Below are positions 35,346 to 45,875 of a DNA stretch of 64,000 nucleotides, in pieces. The DNA comes from Schizochytrium sp. TIO01 (lineage: Eukaryota > Protista > Bigyra: Labyrinthulomycetes), in NCBI GenBank assembly GCA_004764695.1, contig SMSO01000031.1:3758436-3822435 (forward strand), read 5' to 3'. A program made the translations under genes and the position numbers. The number at the start of each line of letters is the position of its first letter. Position 1 is the first letter of the stretch. Under the pieces are notes generated by a model that had not been told where the DNA came from, ran no database searches, and saw only the letters and a program-made list of their open reading frames with translations.

Positions 35346-37785
35346 CTGTTGGGAGTGATGAATGCTCCAATCGAGCTAAGCGCTGGAGAGATCGAGCCTG
35401 AGGAGGTCATTGGGGCATGCATTCTGTGTCGATGTGTGGCTGGGAATTAGAGTGAAGCAGCAAAGCTTTCGCTGTTGCCACTGAAAGCGGCCTTCGAGTG
35501 AGGATGGGGTGATAGCAGCTAGCTAGCTAGCTAGCGAGGTCAGCGATCAGTCGCGCATCGACCAGGCCGCTTGCTGCATCCCAGGCCTGTTCGCTTTCTT
35601 CGCTACCGACTACTTAGCTAGCACAGGTCCTGACGGAAGACTCGTGCTTCTCATTTCAATTGAAACACCCAACAAGTGGACGATTGAAGATTCGCACGCC
35701 GATCTTTGCGACGTTGGCTCAAGTGCAGAGGAACTAACGCACTCAAATGCATGCATACATACCTGCATACAATGCATACAATGCACATAGACACCGACCG
35801 TCATCGGCCGTGCCAACTCGCGCGCATCTAAACGACTGCAACGCGCGTACGTTCACATGCTCGCGCGCACGCACGTCTGTCAGTGTGGTCAAGGCTTCGA
35901 GTTCACGGGGTTATTTATATATGGAGAGCGAGCGAGCGAGCTAGCTAGCTCTGAGGTGAATGCCATAGAAGGGAACTCCGGAGAAGCCCATGCTGGGCTT
36001 TGCGTCAAGCTGTCCGTGACACGTAAGCGCACAGGATGCAACTTCGAGTACTTGATGACACATTTACGCACAAACATATTTCAAGTTGAAAAAAAGGGAA
36101 GGCGAGGCCGAAGCAAATGTTGAGATTTAATTTTCGAGCTATTTGGAAGGGAGCACAAGAGCAAGTGACAAGGCTGTTTGCTTGGGTTCCTCGTATGATA
36201 ATGATGGAAGGGGAATACTGAAGTAAAGATTGAGGGAGGGGGGGGGGCGACAATCCTGCGCCACACCTTTCGACGCATCTATATCAAGCGAACCTCAGAA
36301 CATAGTTTATTTTTATTTTTTTAAAGAAGAAAGGCCACTTTACCTGGCTGTTTGTCCAAAGCTCTGGAAGAAGAACCCTGGAAGCAGCAGACCGGAAATG
36401 GCCTCTATCATTTCAACTTTGACACTTCAAACTAAGTTTCTCAAAACTATCTGCAATACTACGCAAGCTCCTCTTTGTATCCTTTCCGCCCTTTTCACAG
36501 TGTCCATTTGTAGAATCATCCACCGCTCAGCTGTCTAAGCTGGTCTTCGTCACCCATCGTCTTCTCTTTGGGGCGTATCACCCAGACCCTGCTCAAGAAA
36601 CCTTCACAAAGGGACTCAATTCTTGCCGCGCCATTTCCATCCTCTCTACGGAGACCTTCATTGATCATAAACCCATTCCTCAGTCCATCGAGTGAAGCTT
36701 TCGTTCATTTAACTTGCCTCATTGTCGCTGGAAAGAGTTTTCAAGAACGGCATTGTCTTTCCTCCGCGGCATACTGTCTATGCTGGAGGGCGCGTAGGAG
36801 GGGCAAGGTAAGCAGTGACCAGCCTCCAGTGACTGAAGCTCCTCCGATCAACATCAAGTTTGGCTTAAGCCCACGCGAAAGATCGCCTTTGCTCTCCAAG
36901 CTTGCGCACGGAACGCATAAAGCCTGAAACTTTCTTTCTCTGAGACGCGTGCGCATTAAGAGAACTTCGTAAAGCCACGCCGCGGCTCTTTATTGCATCG
37001 CGCTTCAGATAATTGTTTAGAGCTTCCTGAGCTGTTTCGAGAGGTACACTCGCAGAACTGAAGAGATAACTACCCATATTAGTCAAAAGGTACCAAGTCA
37101 TTACTGCGGGGGTTCTGAGGGTTGTTTTGCGATAAACCTGGAAGGGAGGAAGGAGATTCCAATTATCAAGCATTAACAAACAGCCAAACAAATATTGGCT
37201 TGCTTGTGTCTGTTGGCATTTGTCTGATCTATTATCAGGAAGGACTCTGAAGCTAGGCCACGATAAACTTGCTGGTTTCCTGCTCTTTGATAGTGTCTCT
37301 TTGTACTTAGGGCTCTGGATTCCCTGAATCTCTTTCTTTACCTTCCTCCTCTGCCCATCTTCTCTTCACTAGCCGCGATTTAAAAAGAGAGTACTTTGGA
37401 TAAGAGGACAGGCAAAACCCTATCACAAGTAGCCTGGGCCTTGCAGGTGTGCTTACCTTGCGCAGCGAGTTATTCACTGTGTGATACTGTAAATAATAAG
37501 CTAAGAGAGAGGCTAACTAAACAATACTTGAAGTTGAGCTAAGGGAAACAACTTCGAAAGATTTGAGCTTGGAGCTCATATAGTTTCGATTCTGCTTCCT
37601 AACACTCTTTGATTCACGAGCTTGAGCAAAAAGATCAAAAGAAGTGTTCTTGAAGTTAACTAAAACTACAGATAGTATCGAAAGATTATTTCGAACGGCG
37701 ATAGCGACCTGTGTGCTAGCGTGGAGCAGAACCAACCGCAATCGCCGTCAGAGAAATTCAAAATTGGAATTTGAATTTCCTTAAC

Positions 37786-39475
37786 ATGAATAAGGAAGAG
37801 ACCCAAGCGATTGAATCCTTGGCTCTTCCCAACATAGCAACAGAGTGTACAACAAAGAATGTAAATCTGGAGTGCTATGACTTTGTACATGATACCATGT
37901 GGAAGGACTGGGAGGCAGAGGTTATGAACCTAACGTTGTCTACTAAAGAACTTGGTAGAAGACTTGTTAAGGATATGAATCTTCCCCCGCCGTATGGTAA
38001 GGACAACAAGTCGAGTGTCTTGGAACAGAGTCCAGCTTTCACTTACATGGCTCATCCAGAAGTTCACGGAGAATCCATCGATACTCTCCTCCCTAGGATC
38101 CAAGAGGATTTGAAGCAGACATGCTTTGACTATGATCGACATTCTTACTTTGTAACAGCTAAAGAACGCTGGGATAATACTGAAATTGCAGCACCAAGTA
38201 ATGATGAATTTCTCTGCGGTAAGCTTGCCCTTTACTATCCAGAGTCAATCCAGCAAAGTTACAAAGCTATGCATGAAGCCCAATCATATGCTATGCATCG
38301 AATCGACCAAGTCCAAGCTCTGGATGCTACTGAAGGCGATTGGAGCTGCCCATGGAAAACTGCGAGCGAAGGTGGAGTCATTCGCAATACCTCTGAACTG
38401 CTTGGGATTCAGCATCAGGAAGATGAAAGCTCTGCATCGCTGAAAGCCAAACGTCAAGTGTTTTTTGATAAGCTGGCCCCAGGGGCAGGAAGGCGACCCG
38501 TGTTTTCTCCATGCTACACGCATGACACCTCACCTCCTACAACTGCTGCCACGGAGGTTTATAAAGGGAAAAATCTTAACGCAATCTACCCAGGTTAACT
38601 TCGAGGCCATAATTGACAGAGCAGGTTGGGGAGATAGCGGTGCGAGTGATGATATATCTCAAAGCAAACATATTTCACCCTCTAATGCGTCCATACGCCA
38701 TCCGAACCCATGGAGTATTTCACAGGCTTATGTTTACGAGGGAGCAAAGGTTTTACCCAGGAGGCACGGCGCATGCCGAACTTACCTCGAGGGTGAAATT
38801 GTGCGGATTGAACGAGACTGCAATGGTGGATTTGGAATTATTGAAATCCGTAATCCATTTACTCACGCAGGTGCAGAGGCTCATGAGCACGACCCCCAGA
38901 TTCCTGATTCAAGCCGAGAGGTTGTTCTCATGCATGTTGAATTTCGGAATGGTCGGATAGGACTATTTCAAGCACCAGCTTGGTGTGAGGAAGACCCAGA
39001 AGTACATCTGCTGGACGCTTTTGAGAACTTTAACGATGCCGGGGAGGAACTTTACGTAGTCATTTCAATGGATCGTGGTCTTGATTTGGGGAAGATTGTT
39101 AATATTCGAAACTTCGAGCTTACAGAAGGGTTCCCCAAAGCTCCTTACATGCCTGTGGTACGCCTTGCTTTGCCTAGCGACTTGGAAGAGTTGCGCATGT
39201 GCCGAAAATATGAGGCAGAAATTTTTAACATGTGCACAGAATCCTTGCAAAGTAAAGCCATGAAAAAAGTTGCTAAGACGCTACGCGTTGTAGACGTTGA
39301 ATTACAGCTTGACTTTCAGAGACTGATCGTTTTCGTTGAATGCACTCGAAAGACGGATTGGAACAAATTTAGTCCGACAATCTTTAAAAAGGTGGAGAAA
39401 ATCTACAAAAAGACACCACGGGTGTGGTTCCAAAGACGTGATGTGGAAAGTTTCTCTACTCGTATTCTTGACTAA
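37786..39475 (+). CDS. PSP1 C-terminal-domain protein; frameshifted, 5' end uncertain
   Basis: DRGLDLGKI...VVRLA...EAEIFNMC...VVDVELQLDFQRLIVF...RVWFQR fits the PSP1 C-terminal domain pattern (39071-39433). ORFs 37771-38598 and 38465-39475 overlap and join by a +1 shift. Confidence 0.7.
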
Positions 39476-40281
39476 CGCAATCTGTGCCAGTGGATTACAT
39501 AACCCAGGTTGCGTCAATAGTACCTTCTGTTTGCTTCTGCAACTCTTCTACCGATTTAAAAGCTCTACTAGCTTTAATACCCTTTTGTGGCTGCAGGGCT
39601 GGGCAACCTTTTACCAAATTTAATTATATCAATAGTATCATATATATGTATCAATATCTATCCATACATTCATGTTTGTTGAAGAGTGCAGAGCTAAACT
39701 TGGTTCACTCACACCAGCTAGAGGTTGTGAAGAAATACCAGGGGGAAATACTAGAATATTTAATAAACATTTTTAGAAAAGGCTTCAAAAACTGAGGTGT
39801 ATGACTTGGTCATTCGCTATATGGTAAAGCCTCACTCTGCTGCTACCAGGTACCACTCACTAACTAACTACCTATTGCTATTATTATGTCTACTACTACC
39901 ACTACTACTACTACTACCTATCTACTAAATATTCCAGAGACGTTACTCAATGAAGAGCTTTATGCAAATGATGATCAACTGTGCTAAGTTGGCAGGTACC
40001 CACAAAGAGAGAGTTCAAGAAGCCGTGGGCTTGGGATGGCTGCAGGGCAGTCTTTTAAGGGATTCAAAGAAACAAGGTCATTGCTGTGACAAGAACCGAA
40101 TTCAAATCTAAGGCGAGGTAGTCTTTTACAAGTACATTAAAGGGCCTCGACGTGGAGGAGCCCTGAACGAGATTCGGTCAGGCGAACAAAGGAGAAGCAG
40201 CTGTACTCCGACGATAAACTTGAGAAACTACGAGAAAAGAATAAACTCTCTAGAACAGTAAACAGATCCAGGGTTTAGAAG

Positions 40282-43200
40282 ATGGACGCTCGTTCGCGTC
40301 TGAGGCCTCGCAATAGTAGCTCCTCAATTCCATCAATCTCAGGCATTGACGTCCAAGCACTGGCGAAGGACCTGGGGGCAGTGGAGCTCTTTGATGATGC
40401 AAGTACTAATGATTTAGTCCTTCGTGAAGAAGAAGACGCGGACCATCTTTCATACTCGAGTGACGACGACATTGACTTGAGAAGTGAAAGCGGTGCCCAA
40501 GACCGATTAATACACCCGGGGCCTTCTCGTGGTCAACAAGAACTCTCTACTCATCGCAATGGAGCAACAAGATCCGAATATAACGAGCAGTACCATCGCG
40601 CAATTCTTGATGACGAGCAGCAGTTTATTGCGGAAGTAGAACAAATGATAAGTCCTGGCGGAAGTTCTCACAGCACCCTTGATTCGTCAGAAGAAGAGCC
40701 AATTCTAAGAATAGGAGGCTCTTCGCAAAGTCATTCTGGGTTGACTAGAGAAAATCGAAGCGACTCATTCTCTCAGCGAGCAGTGCAAAGAGTTCAGGTC
40801 GTTGTACGTTTGCGCCCCTTTTTGGCACATGATGATCAGTCATCTCCAAGGCTAGTTAAGGTAGTCCCAGAACAACGATCTGTGCAGATTGTTGACCACA
40901 GCTCATTTACATTTGACGCAGTCCACGGGATGAACTCCTCTCAACGAGAAATTTATGATCGATCTGCTCGCTCTCTAGTAGATTCTTGTCTTGAGGGCTA
41001 TAATGCAACAATTCTTGCCTATGGACAAACAGGGACGGGTAAAACATACACTATGGAAGGAAATGGTGAGCATTTTGAGGACCGTGGAGTGGTGCCTCGC
41101 GCGATTGAACAAATCTTTTCTCATATCCAAGAAAAGGCCTCTACAGGAACTCGGTTTCTTGTTCGTGCATCCTATTTACAAATATACAATGACATCATCT
41201 ATGATCTACTCAAGCCGGAGAATGCTAATTTACAAATTCGAGAAGACGACCGCTCTAAGGAGAACACGAAAGGAGTTTATGTGGAAGGCTTGTCTGAATG
41301 GGTAGTCCGCTCTCCCGCAGAAATATTTAAACTTATGGCACGGGGAGCAGCTGTGCGAGCAACGGGTAAGACCAAGCTAAACGAAGTCAGTAGTCGTAGC
41401 CATGCAATTCTAAAAATTATCGTGGAACAGTGCGAGACTACATTCGTTGATTTACAGGGACGAGCCATTAGCTCAGAGGAATTTGAGAAGCTTCTGTTGG
41501 CGAATGCTTTTGGTGACAAGTCACCGGAAGACCTAGTCCGTCAGAGATTTCGAGTAGCTAAGCTTAACTTGGTGGATCTTGCTGGGTCCGAGCGCGTACG
41601 TATTTCAGGGGCAACAGGGCAACGCCTGGAGGAAAGTCGTAAAATCAATCGATCATTATCAGCACTAGGAAACGTAATATCAGCGTTAACAGATGAGCGA
41701 GGTCGCCAGCATATTCCCTATCGCGACTCCAAGCTTACAAGAATTCTTGAAGATAGCCTTGGAGGCAATTGCAAGACAGCGATGTATGCGATGATAAGTC
41801 CTGCTGGAGACGCAATCTCGGAAACACTTTCAACGCTTAAGTTTGCCAACAGGGCTAAAAGCATCCAGAACAAGGCTTGTGTCAACGAAGATGTTGATAA
41901 AAACTCTCTTTTGCGAAAGTATGAACGAGAGTTGAAGCGTCTTCGAAGGGAGCTAGCTCAAAAGTCGAAAAATGTAGTTGATCAACGTGTTGTACTTGAA
42001 CTAGAAGACCAGAAAAGACGCGCCGAAGCAGATAAGATGGCTGCTTTGCGGGCTTTAGAATCCCGTTCCTTTGAGTTCATGCGTGAAAAAGAGGCGAAGC
42101 GTCGGCTTGAGGAACGCATTTCTCAGCTCCAAAGTAAAATGTTGATGGGGGACCCTGCGAAAAACGTTCAAGAGACGCCGCAATTCCGGATGGCACTAAA
42201 AGCCCATCGAGATCAAATTCGCGCAGAGTATACCGCAAAACTTGAGGATCTAGAACGTGAGCGAGAGCAGATTGAACTGCAGCTTGCCCAAACAGACCGC
42301 TATAAGCAACTTTTGCTTAAACAACGTGACATTATGGTGAACCTAACACAGCGTTTAAATGAGCGTGATGATCAAATCATCGCTCTTCAAGATGAACTTG
42401 ACGAGAGTGAAAGGAAAAGTCGCGATACCGAGGAGCGTCTTGATCAAAAGACGACCGAACTGATACACCTAAAACGCCTCGCGCTGGAGTCTCAGCATGC
42501 TGCACCTGGCGAAATATCAAAAACAATCGAATTGAGACAAGCTCTTGGTATTGAACCAGGGCAGGAACATAGGTCAGAAAGGAATTCAGATGCTGACACC
42601 TCACACGGGTCAATCTCATCTACTACTCTTAATGCGGTGGCAATCGATGAACAATCTGAAGCAAGCGTAAAACTTGAATCTCGGGTACGAGCTTTGACAG
42701 AGCAGTATCAAGTATTTCGTGAGCAAATGACTAATCGACTGGTGAAAAGAGATGGCCAGCTCCGGAGTGTCCGGGAAGAGAATGCAAAGCTACGCATCAA
42801 ACTTGAAAAAATTCTAAAGGAGCAGAAAGACCGCGGGGGGGTCCCGTTTCATAAAGCAGCGGTTGGGTCATTTGTCCAACCCTTAGGGTCAGGAATCGCT
42901 AACTCCAGCAGCACTGGTGTCATAACTAGTATGATTACTAGTGCTAACGGGAGCAGTAGCAATGGTAAGACCAAATCCAGTAATATCATCAGCAACAACG
43001 CAAATAATGATAATACGCTTACTAGTGGCAGTGGCAGTAAAAACACCAGCACCGCCAATGATAATAATAACAACAGCAACAATGGTGACAGCAGTAACAA
43101 TAATAGCAACAACTCTCGACAAAGCCAGGAGGAATATCACAACCTTCTTACGGAAATGGAGAAACTCCGACAGCGGTCAATCAATCACGCAAAAGAGCAG

Positions 43201-43365
43201 CTTGCAATGCAAACCATCATGGACAAAATCAAAACTATTGTTGTGCAAGTAAGATCTCAATCTGATGACTTACCAGACCCTGTTAACAAAGACCTTACGG
43301 GATTATTTAACCTAGTGACCCGATGCCTTCAGGCTCTTGCAATTAGCGAGAATAAATCAAAATAA
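40282..43365 (+). CDS. Kinesin motor protein (N-terminal extension, motor domain, long coiled coil, Asn/Ser-rich tail)
   Basis: VVVRLRP, P-loop GQTGTGKT, switch I SSRSH, switch II LVDLAGSE and HIPYRDSKLTRILEDSLGGN. Confidence 0.97.
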   Translation: MDARSRLRPRNSSSSIPSISGIDVQALAKDLGAVELFDDASTNDLVLREEEDADHLSYSSDDDIDLRSESGAQDRLIHPGPSRGQQELSTHRNGATRSEYNEQYHRAILDDEQQFIAEVEQMISPGGSSHSTLDSSEEEPILRIGGSSQSHSGLTRENRSDSFSQRAVQRVQVVVRLRPFLAHDDQSSPRLVKVVPEQRSVQIVDHSSFTFDAVHGMNSSQREIYDRSARSLVDSCLEGYNATILAYGQTGTGKTYTMEGNGEHFEDRGVVPRAIEQIFSHIQEKASTGTRFLVRASYLQIYNDIIYDLLKPENANLQIREDDRSKENTKGVYVEGLSEWVVRSPAEIFKLMARGAAVRATGKTKLNEVSSRSHAILKIIVEQCETTFVDLQGRAISSEEFEKLLLANAFGDKSPEDLVRQRFRVAKLNLVDLAGSERVRISGATGQRLEESRKINRSLSALGNVISALTDERGRQHIPYRDSKLTRILEDSLGGNCKTAMYAMISPAGDAISETLSTLKFANRAKSIQNKACVNEDVDKNSLLRKYERELKRLRRELAQKSKNVVDQRVVLELEDQKRRAEADKMAALRALESRSFEFMREKEAKRRLEERISQLQSKMLMGDPAKNVQETPQFRMALKAHRDQIRAEYTAKLEDLEREREQIELQLAQTDRYKQLLLKQRDIMVNLTQRLNERDDQIIALQDELDESERKSRDTEERLDQKTTELIHLKRLALESQHAAPGEISKTIELRQALGIEPGQEHRSERNSDADTSHGSISSTTLNAVAIDEQSEASVKLESRVRALTEQYQVFREQMTNRLVKRDGQLRSVREENAKLRIKLEKILKEQKDRGGVPFHKAAVGSFVQPLGSGIANSSSTGVITSMITSANGSSSNGKTKSSNIISNNANNDNTLTSGSGSKNTSTANDNNNNSNNGDSSNNNSNNSRQSQEEYHNLLTEMEKLRQRSINHAKEQLAMQTIMDKIKTIVVQVRSQSDDLPDPVNKDLTGLFNLVTRCLQALAISENKSK

Positions 43366-43597
43366 TAATATTTGTTGAAGATGAACAAGAAACTCTTGAA
43401 TGCAATTTAATAGTTGTTTCTTCTATATTACAATAGAAATATAAAAAATCAGATCAGTAGATTGGCTTTCAGATTACAAAAGGTGCTACTTTTGGAATAA
43501 GTCATTTAATTAGACATTAGCACATGGTCTCAAAGATATCAAATGCCTGCACAACAAAATTATTATTCCGCGCATATGAATTAACGGACTGGAATTT

Positions 43598-44443
43598 TCA
43601 ACAGATCAAGCCAGAAAGGGAAGCTAGATTGACGATGACGACGATTCTGATGATTTTTCCAGGCGCCTTTCCTTTTCTTCTTCTTCTGTGCTGACCCACA
43701 GAGTAAGACTTATCCGGAACTTGCAGCGTTAATAAGGCTTCTTTCTTTGCAGCCTCCTTCGCGGCTGCCGCCTCTCGCTCATTTTCCTCAGCTTCTAAAC
43801 GTGCTTCCTCAGCTTGGTACTCTGCTTCTTCTTTGATCTCTTTTGCGATGCGATATCTACTCTGACGAAGCTTGCGATACTTATTAGTCTTAAAGCGCGC
43901 TTCTCTTTCGTCAGAGTCAGTATCAAAACTTAAAAATTGAGAGAGCTTTCCCCGCGCTGCCGTTTGAGTAGCTTTTGGATTAGCAGTAGCTAAGTTACGT
44001 TGCTCTTCCTCTTCCTCCTTCGTAGCCTCGGCACGACCCTCTTTGTAGCCCTCGACAAAATTGATAAGACCATCGCGGAAAGCCTCCAAGGCTGTCCGCG
44101 TGACCTGAACGCCTTGTTTTGCTTGCTGTTTAGAAATTCGAATATTTTTTCCAAGAGACAACTCTGATTCCTTTTCGTCCTCCAGTAGCTTCTTTTCGAG
44201 TTCCTTTGGGTCCAGGATCCCATGATCAATCACACTGGGGTCACTAAAAGATCTAATGTACATGCGTACTGCCTTCTTGCTTATGTCGAGCCGCTGGGAC
44301 CACGTAAGCTTTCTATTGACCCAACGAGGAATTTCATAATCTGGTGGATATGGCACCGGTGCGAATCCATCTTTCACCCATTTTACGTACTCATGGGCTT
44401 GGCGAATACCTGGTAGCCCAAGCAGCCGCCTACGAAATGCCAT
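43598..44443 (-). CDS. Conserved hypothetical protein, resembles plant EMB2735-like proteins; likely organelle-targeted
   Basis: P.PP....RKLTW.QR......A.R.Y..SF and AFRDGLINFVEGYKEG recall plant EMB2735 motifs (from memory, unverified). Arg-rich N-terminus. The C-terminus may be frameshifted, with an alternative stop at 43624-43626. Confidence 0.65.
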   Translation of the reverse strand: MAFRRRLLGLPGIRQAHEYVKWVKDGFAPVPYPPDYEIPRWVNRKLTWSQRLDISKKAVRMYIRSFSDPSVIDHGILDPKELEKKLLEDEKESELSLGKNIRISKQQAKQGVQVTRTALEAFRDGLINFVEGYKEGRAEATKEEEEEQRNLATANPKATQTAARGKLSQFLSFDTDSDEREARFKTNKYRKLRQSRYRIAKEIKEEAEYQAEEARLEAEENEREAAAAKEAAKKEALLTLQVPDKSYSVGQHRRRRKGKAPGKIIRIVVIVNLASLSGLIC

Positions 44444-45875
44444 AGCTTAGCTAATCGGATTAAGCCAACTTGTTCTTCACCAAATGCCAGCTCCTCTAAG
44501 TAAGCTTTGCTTGCGATAAATCCTTTGCGTATTCAAACAACTAAAAGGAACAATTCGAAGAGCGGCTTGCTCCCGCTCGTAAGGTACCTTCGCTCTTTGA
44601 AAAGGGTAGGTGGTCGTGGAAGTCTGCAATCTCAAGTTGCGAGGGAGTTCAACCTCAGGATAAATCTAAGTTTGATACTTTTGTACGGCAGAGCGAAGAG
44701 AAACAGAACGATCAATTCGACAGTAGACCCGTTCTGCCTTGCTCCAAAGCCGAGTAATGTATCCTATGGACCTTGCCTGAGTGAGTATGTATGCCTGATG
44801 TGGCTTTCTGTAGATGTTCTTCTGCCCACCAATAGAAGCAGAGCTGCCTGAGAATTTATTAGGTAAGATAGTAGTAGATTCCTGTGTACCTACCTAGCTA
44901 GTCTTACGTTCTTAGTTTTACTGAGTGATAGCTAGGTCAATAAATAATAGTGCCAGGTAGAAGTCGCAGGTAGTGTGGCATTACTAACAGGCCTACTGGC
45001 TACGACTAGCAATCTTCTTCCACTTGGGTTAGTCAAAGTTTGCACCAAGATTTTGGTATTTTTTCGTGGAGTAATTAAGCGTAGCGTATTAAGACTAACA
45101 TAAATTTGGCTTCTCAATTTCTATGTGGTGTATGCACTTTAAATAACTACGACGCAAGACGATTTTACTTACTCTTCGTGTGGAAAAGAAGAGGATCTAT
45201 TAATATTTGATTTGCCTTATTTGAAGAGATCATTCTTACAAGCTTATGGTATCTACCTTCCATGATATCCTGCGTAAGTTTGCTTTTCAAAGTATAATAC
45301 TAACATATCATGAGATTAGGTGTTGTTCCTATCTAATACTCGCATTTTCAACATTCTCAAAGCAACTTTAATCACTTGCCAAGAGCTCACTTTTCCAAAA
45401 CAGAAAGACAGCCATGAAAAAGGTTATCACGATTGAAGAATAGAAAAATTGGCATTGCTTGCCTCAAGGTAGAAAATTTTCCCTTAAAAATTGCAAAATG
45501 TAGCTGGCATATGACTAGATGAGTGATTTAATGGCTTCTGAAAAGGGAGATTGAAAACTCTGGATCAGAAAGTAAGAAGAGAACAACAGGGTCAATACAA
45601 ATACTTTTAGAGATTACGAATTTCATTGAGCCTTGTATAGTAAGAAGCCTTTTAAATTAAATATGAAAAGTTACAGCCTTCTCACATTTGAACATGAGGC
45701 CCTCATTAAGTTTGCTTAGAATGGTACACTCTCCCCTCACGCGCATCCCATGCGATTTTCTTAATTCAGTTTAGCATGCAGGAATCCGTTTTTCAGCCTC
45801 CTGAAAGTTCAGATCAAATTCCTTAAGCGAGTCATAATCTTTGAGAAATTAAAATAAGCGGAAATATATACCAGC

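Noticed and set aside
34607-35450. Several 100-200 aa ORFs (CLALP, ARQGK repeats)
   Set aside because: Open only because of stop-free microsatellites; no protein-like content.
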